Shown one piece after another: positions 62,226 through 64,000 of a stretch of DNA of 64,000 bases; within the stretch, counting starts at the first letter, position 1, and each line of letters begins with the position of its first letter. The notes under the pieces are model-generated. The model was not told the DNA's origin, ran no database searches, and was given only the letters and a program-made list of their open reading frames with translations. This stretch comes from Fibrobacteria bacterium (GTDB lineage: Bacteria; Fibrobacterota; Fibrobacteria; UBA11236; JADFYW01). The stretch is taken from NCBI GenBank assembly GCA_050294405.1, contig JBNKOC010000012.1, positions 448,001 to 512,000 of the forward strand. The letters are read 5' to 3'. Made by a program: the position numbers and the translations under genes.

Positions 62226-63284
62226 ATGAAGTTGAAATTAAGGAAATTTTATCAAGCAGGGTTAGGTATCACAATACTGTCCATGACAGGTTGTCTAATG
62301 TCAAAAACAGATAAAACACCCGATACAACAAAAGTGTCCAGTTCACAGGTAGAGAATGACATCATTGATAGGGATCCAAACGCACTGTTAGAATTAAAGG
62401 CTAACAACGGAAATATTATCCGATTTTATGATCGAGGAACCTTTATGGTGGCCACAGAAATTGGCGAGAATGGAAAGGAACATTATATAGATCCCCAAAA
62501 CAGTAAATCTCAATCCCTAAGCGAACTCTATTCTGAATTACATCCGGGAGAGGCGGTTCCGCGGGAACTGCTGCTGGCCGAAAATACTATAACTGAATTA
62601 GATGAAGAACAACTGGAAGATATTCCTGAATCCGAAGAAAACATGTTTGAAAAAGATGATACGGATCTGCCGCAAAAAGATGGGGCGCTCGGAAAGGCCG
62701 GGGTCACAACTTCTGAAACGACCTTTAAAAATAATTACTGCAATAACAGTAAAATGGTAGAATATACAGGATCGGGCCATAACTTTCGGACGCTCAAATG
62801 CGGCTGGCATCGGACTAAAGTGGGATCTGGTGACTCGTGGCAAACGGCGGAAGAAACCAAAGAAATGTATGGTCGTGTGGAAGTTTACCGCGGCACCTTG
62901 AAGTTTTCGGTTTCTGAACGAAGAAGTCTGAGCGGAAGTTCATTCAAGGAGTCGGTGTCTCCCACAACGGTTAGTTCAGGTAATTCGGCTTCAAAAAGGG
63001 TATATGTTAAGCATGGTGTGAAGTACAGATATGATTTTCGATATTTTTTAAAAAACCATGAAAATGACGGTTTTAACTGGGCGGTACAACAAGAAACATT
63101 CAACAATAAAAGATACTGCCACGAACAAAAGAGGTATTATTGTCTTTGGGCTCCCTTGACACAACCGGTAACCTTTAAGGAATGCCGCAGTACTTTGGAT
63201 GAAGCCAGAAGGGTGGTGGCTGCTCAAAAGGATCAGTGGGGAGATCAACATGGATGTTGGGAAAGCCGTTCATGGGTTGAATAA
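62226..63284 (+). CDS. Hypothetical lipoprotein (acidic N-region, basic Cys-containing C-region)
   Basis: SD AAGGAG before ATG 62226; lipobox-like SMTGC. Confidence 0.7.
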   Translation: MKLKLRKFYQAGLGITILSMTGCLMSKTDKTPDTTKVSSSQVENDIIDRDPNALLELKANNGNIIRFYDRGTFMVATEIGENGKEHYIDPQNSKSQSLSELYSELHPGEAVPRELLLAENTITELDEEQLEDIPESEENMFEKDDTDLPQKDGALGKAGVTTSETTFKNNYCNNSKMVEYTGSGHNFRTLKCGWHRTKVGSGDSWQTAEETKEMYGRVEVYRGTLKFSVSERRSLSGSSFKESVSPTTVSSGNSASKRVYVKHGVKYRYDFRYFLKNHENDGFNWAVQQETFNNKRYCHEQKRYYCLWAPLTQPVTFKECRSTLDEARRVVAAQKDQWGDQHGCWESRSWVE

Positions 63285-63308
63285 CCTATTGACAATTGAG
63301 TGATGAAG

Positions 63309-63335
63309 TAAGGGTTTCACAGGTTGAAACCCTTA
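63309..63335 (+). terminator. Probable terminator hairpin
   Basis: TAAGGGTTTCA-caggt-TGAAACCCTTA perfect 11-bp stem after the stop at 63284. Confidence 0.65.
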
Positions 63336-63562
63336 TTAGTAGTGTTTTCCCATTCATATTTTGCGCGTCAAAAAATGGCAAGACTTCGCCTTTAATACAT
63401 GAACAGCAGTAATAGGCATTTTATTTGTGTGTAGAGTTAAATTAATAACTCTTGGAGTCTCCATGGCCATACCGCATTATTGCTCAACTGTCAGGTGAAT
63501 ACGATCACTGTACACCAATAAGAATTATTGGAATTAATTTTCGGTTAGATTTTTTTGATTCC

Positions 63563-64000
63563 TTAGCTTCTTTCATCGGCTGTATTCATGTTACTTTTTT
63601 TCCATTCATCAAATGGTTCCATATTAATCATATTTTCAATATTTAAATTTAATTTCCAATTTTTAGAAAAATACATATGTGGTTTAATGTTTTCAAAAGT
63701 TTCTTTTTTATCATCCATAGAATAAATATTTTTCATTGAGTATCTTTCAACTGCTGAAATAAGAGCTGATACATTTATTCCGCACCATTTAATTCGTTTT
63801 GATAATTTATTAATATCAAATAATATCACATTTTCCTCTTTAATAACAGTTTGGTATTGTTTAGTAGGAATATTAGGATATTTATTTTTAAAAATATTAT
63901 ACATATGCTCACAATAGAGCATTATGTCAAAGGCTTCTTTTTTAATTATTTGAACTGTCTCAGCAAAGTTGTTGTAAATTGTGGGATGTGAAGAAAATGT
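63563..64000 (-). CDS. AT-rich hypothetical protein (partial, enters from the right edge)
   Basis: Frame is open from 64000 to the stop at 63563; markedly AT-rich. Confidence 0.5.
   Translation of the reverse strand, partial: TFSSHPTIYNNFAETVQIIKKEAFDIMLYCEHMYNIFKNKYPNIPTKQYQTVIKEENVILFDINKLSKRIKWCGINVSALISAVERYSMKNIYSMDDKKETFENIKPHMYFSKNWKLNLNIENMINMEPFDEWKKSNMNTADERS

Overview
Bacterial chromosomal window of roughly 40% GC (estimated by eye). Lipoprotein style and C-terminal motifs suggest a Fibrobacterota/FCB-type organism; this is an inference. The left half (1-30 kb) is mostly housekeeping and envelope genes: a truncated FN3/FGE-fold lipoprotein, rpmA-rplU, two PpiC-type PPIases, glpD, a eukaryote-like diacylglycerol kinase, ndk, tRNA-Gly(CCC), tamB/tamA-like genes, a sigma-54 two-component pair, cysH, class I fumarase and gpmA. 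Two small palindromic elements flank the ndk/tRNA-Gly region. The right half carries a XylFGH-type sugar ABC transporter, a PEP-CTERM protein and a ~21 kb co-oriented nitrogen block. That block has a guanidine-type ABC transporter, CgdAB, an Asp-type (guanidine) carboxylase and allophanate hydrolase. These are followed directly by two peptide-ligase modules: CP-ATP-grasp/alpha-E/Anbu/transglutaminase, then transglutaminase-DUF2126/CP-ATP-grasp-alpha-E/transglutaminase. The most striking observation is that the guanidine operon and the Anbu module share a three-part sigma-54-type promoter layout with matching spacing, and no guanidine riboswitch is visible. The Anbu gene also appears to start at ATT. 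I found no CRISPR array, rRNA, integrase or transposase.
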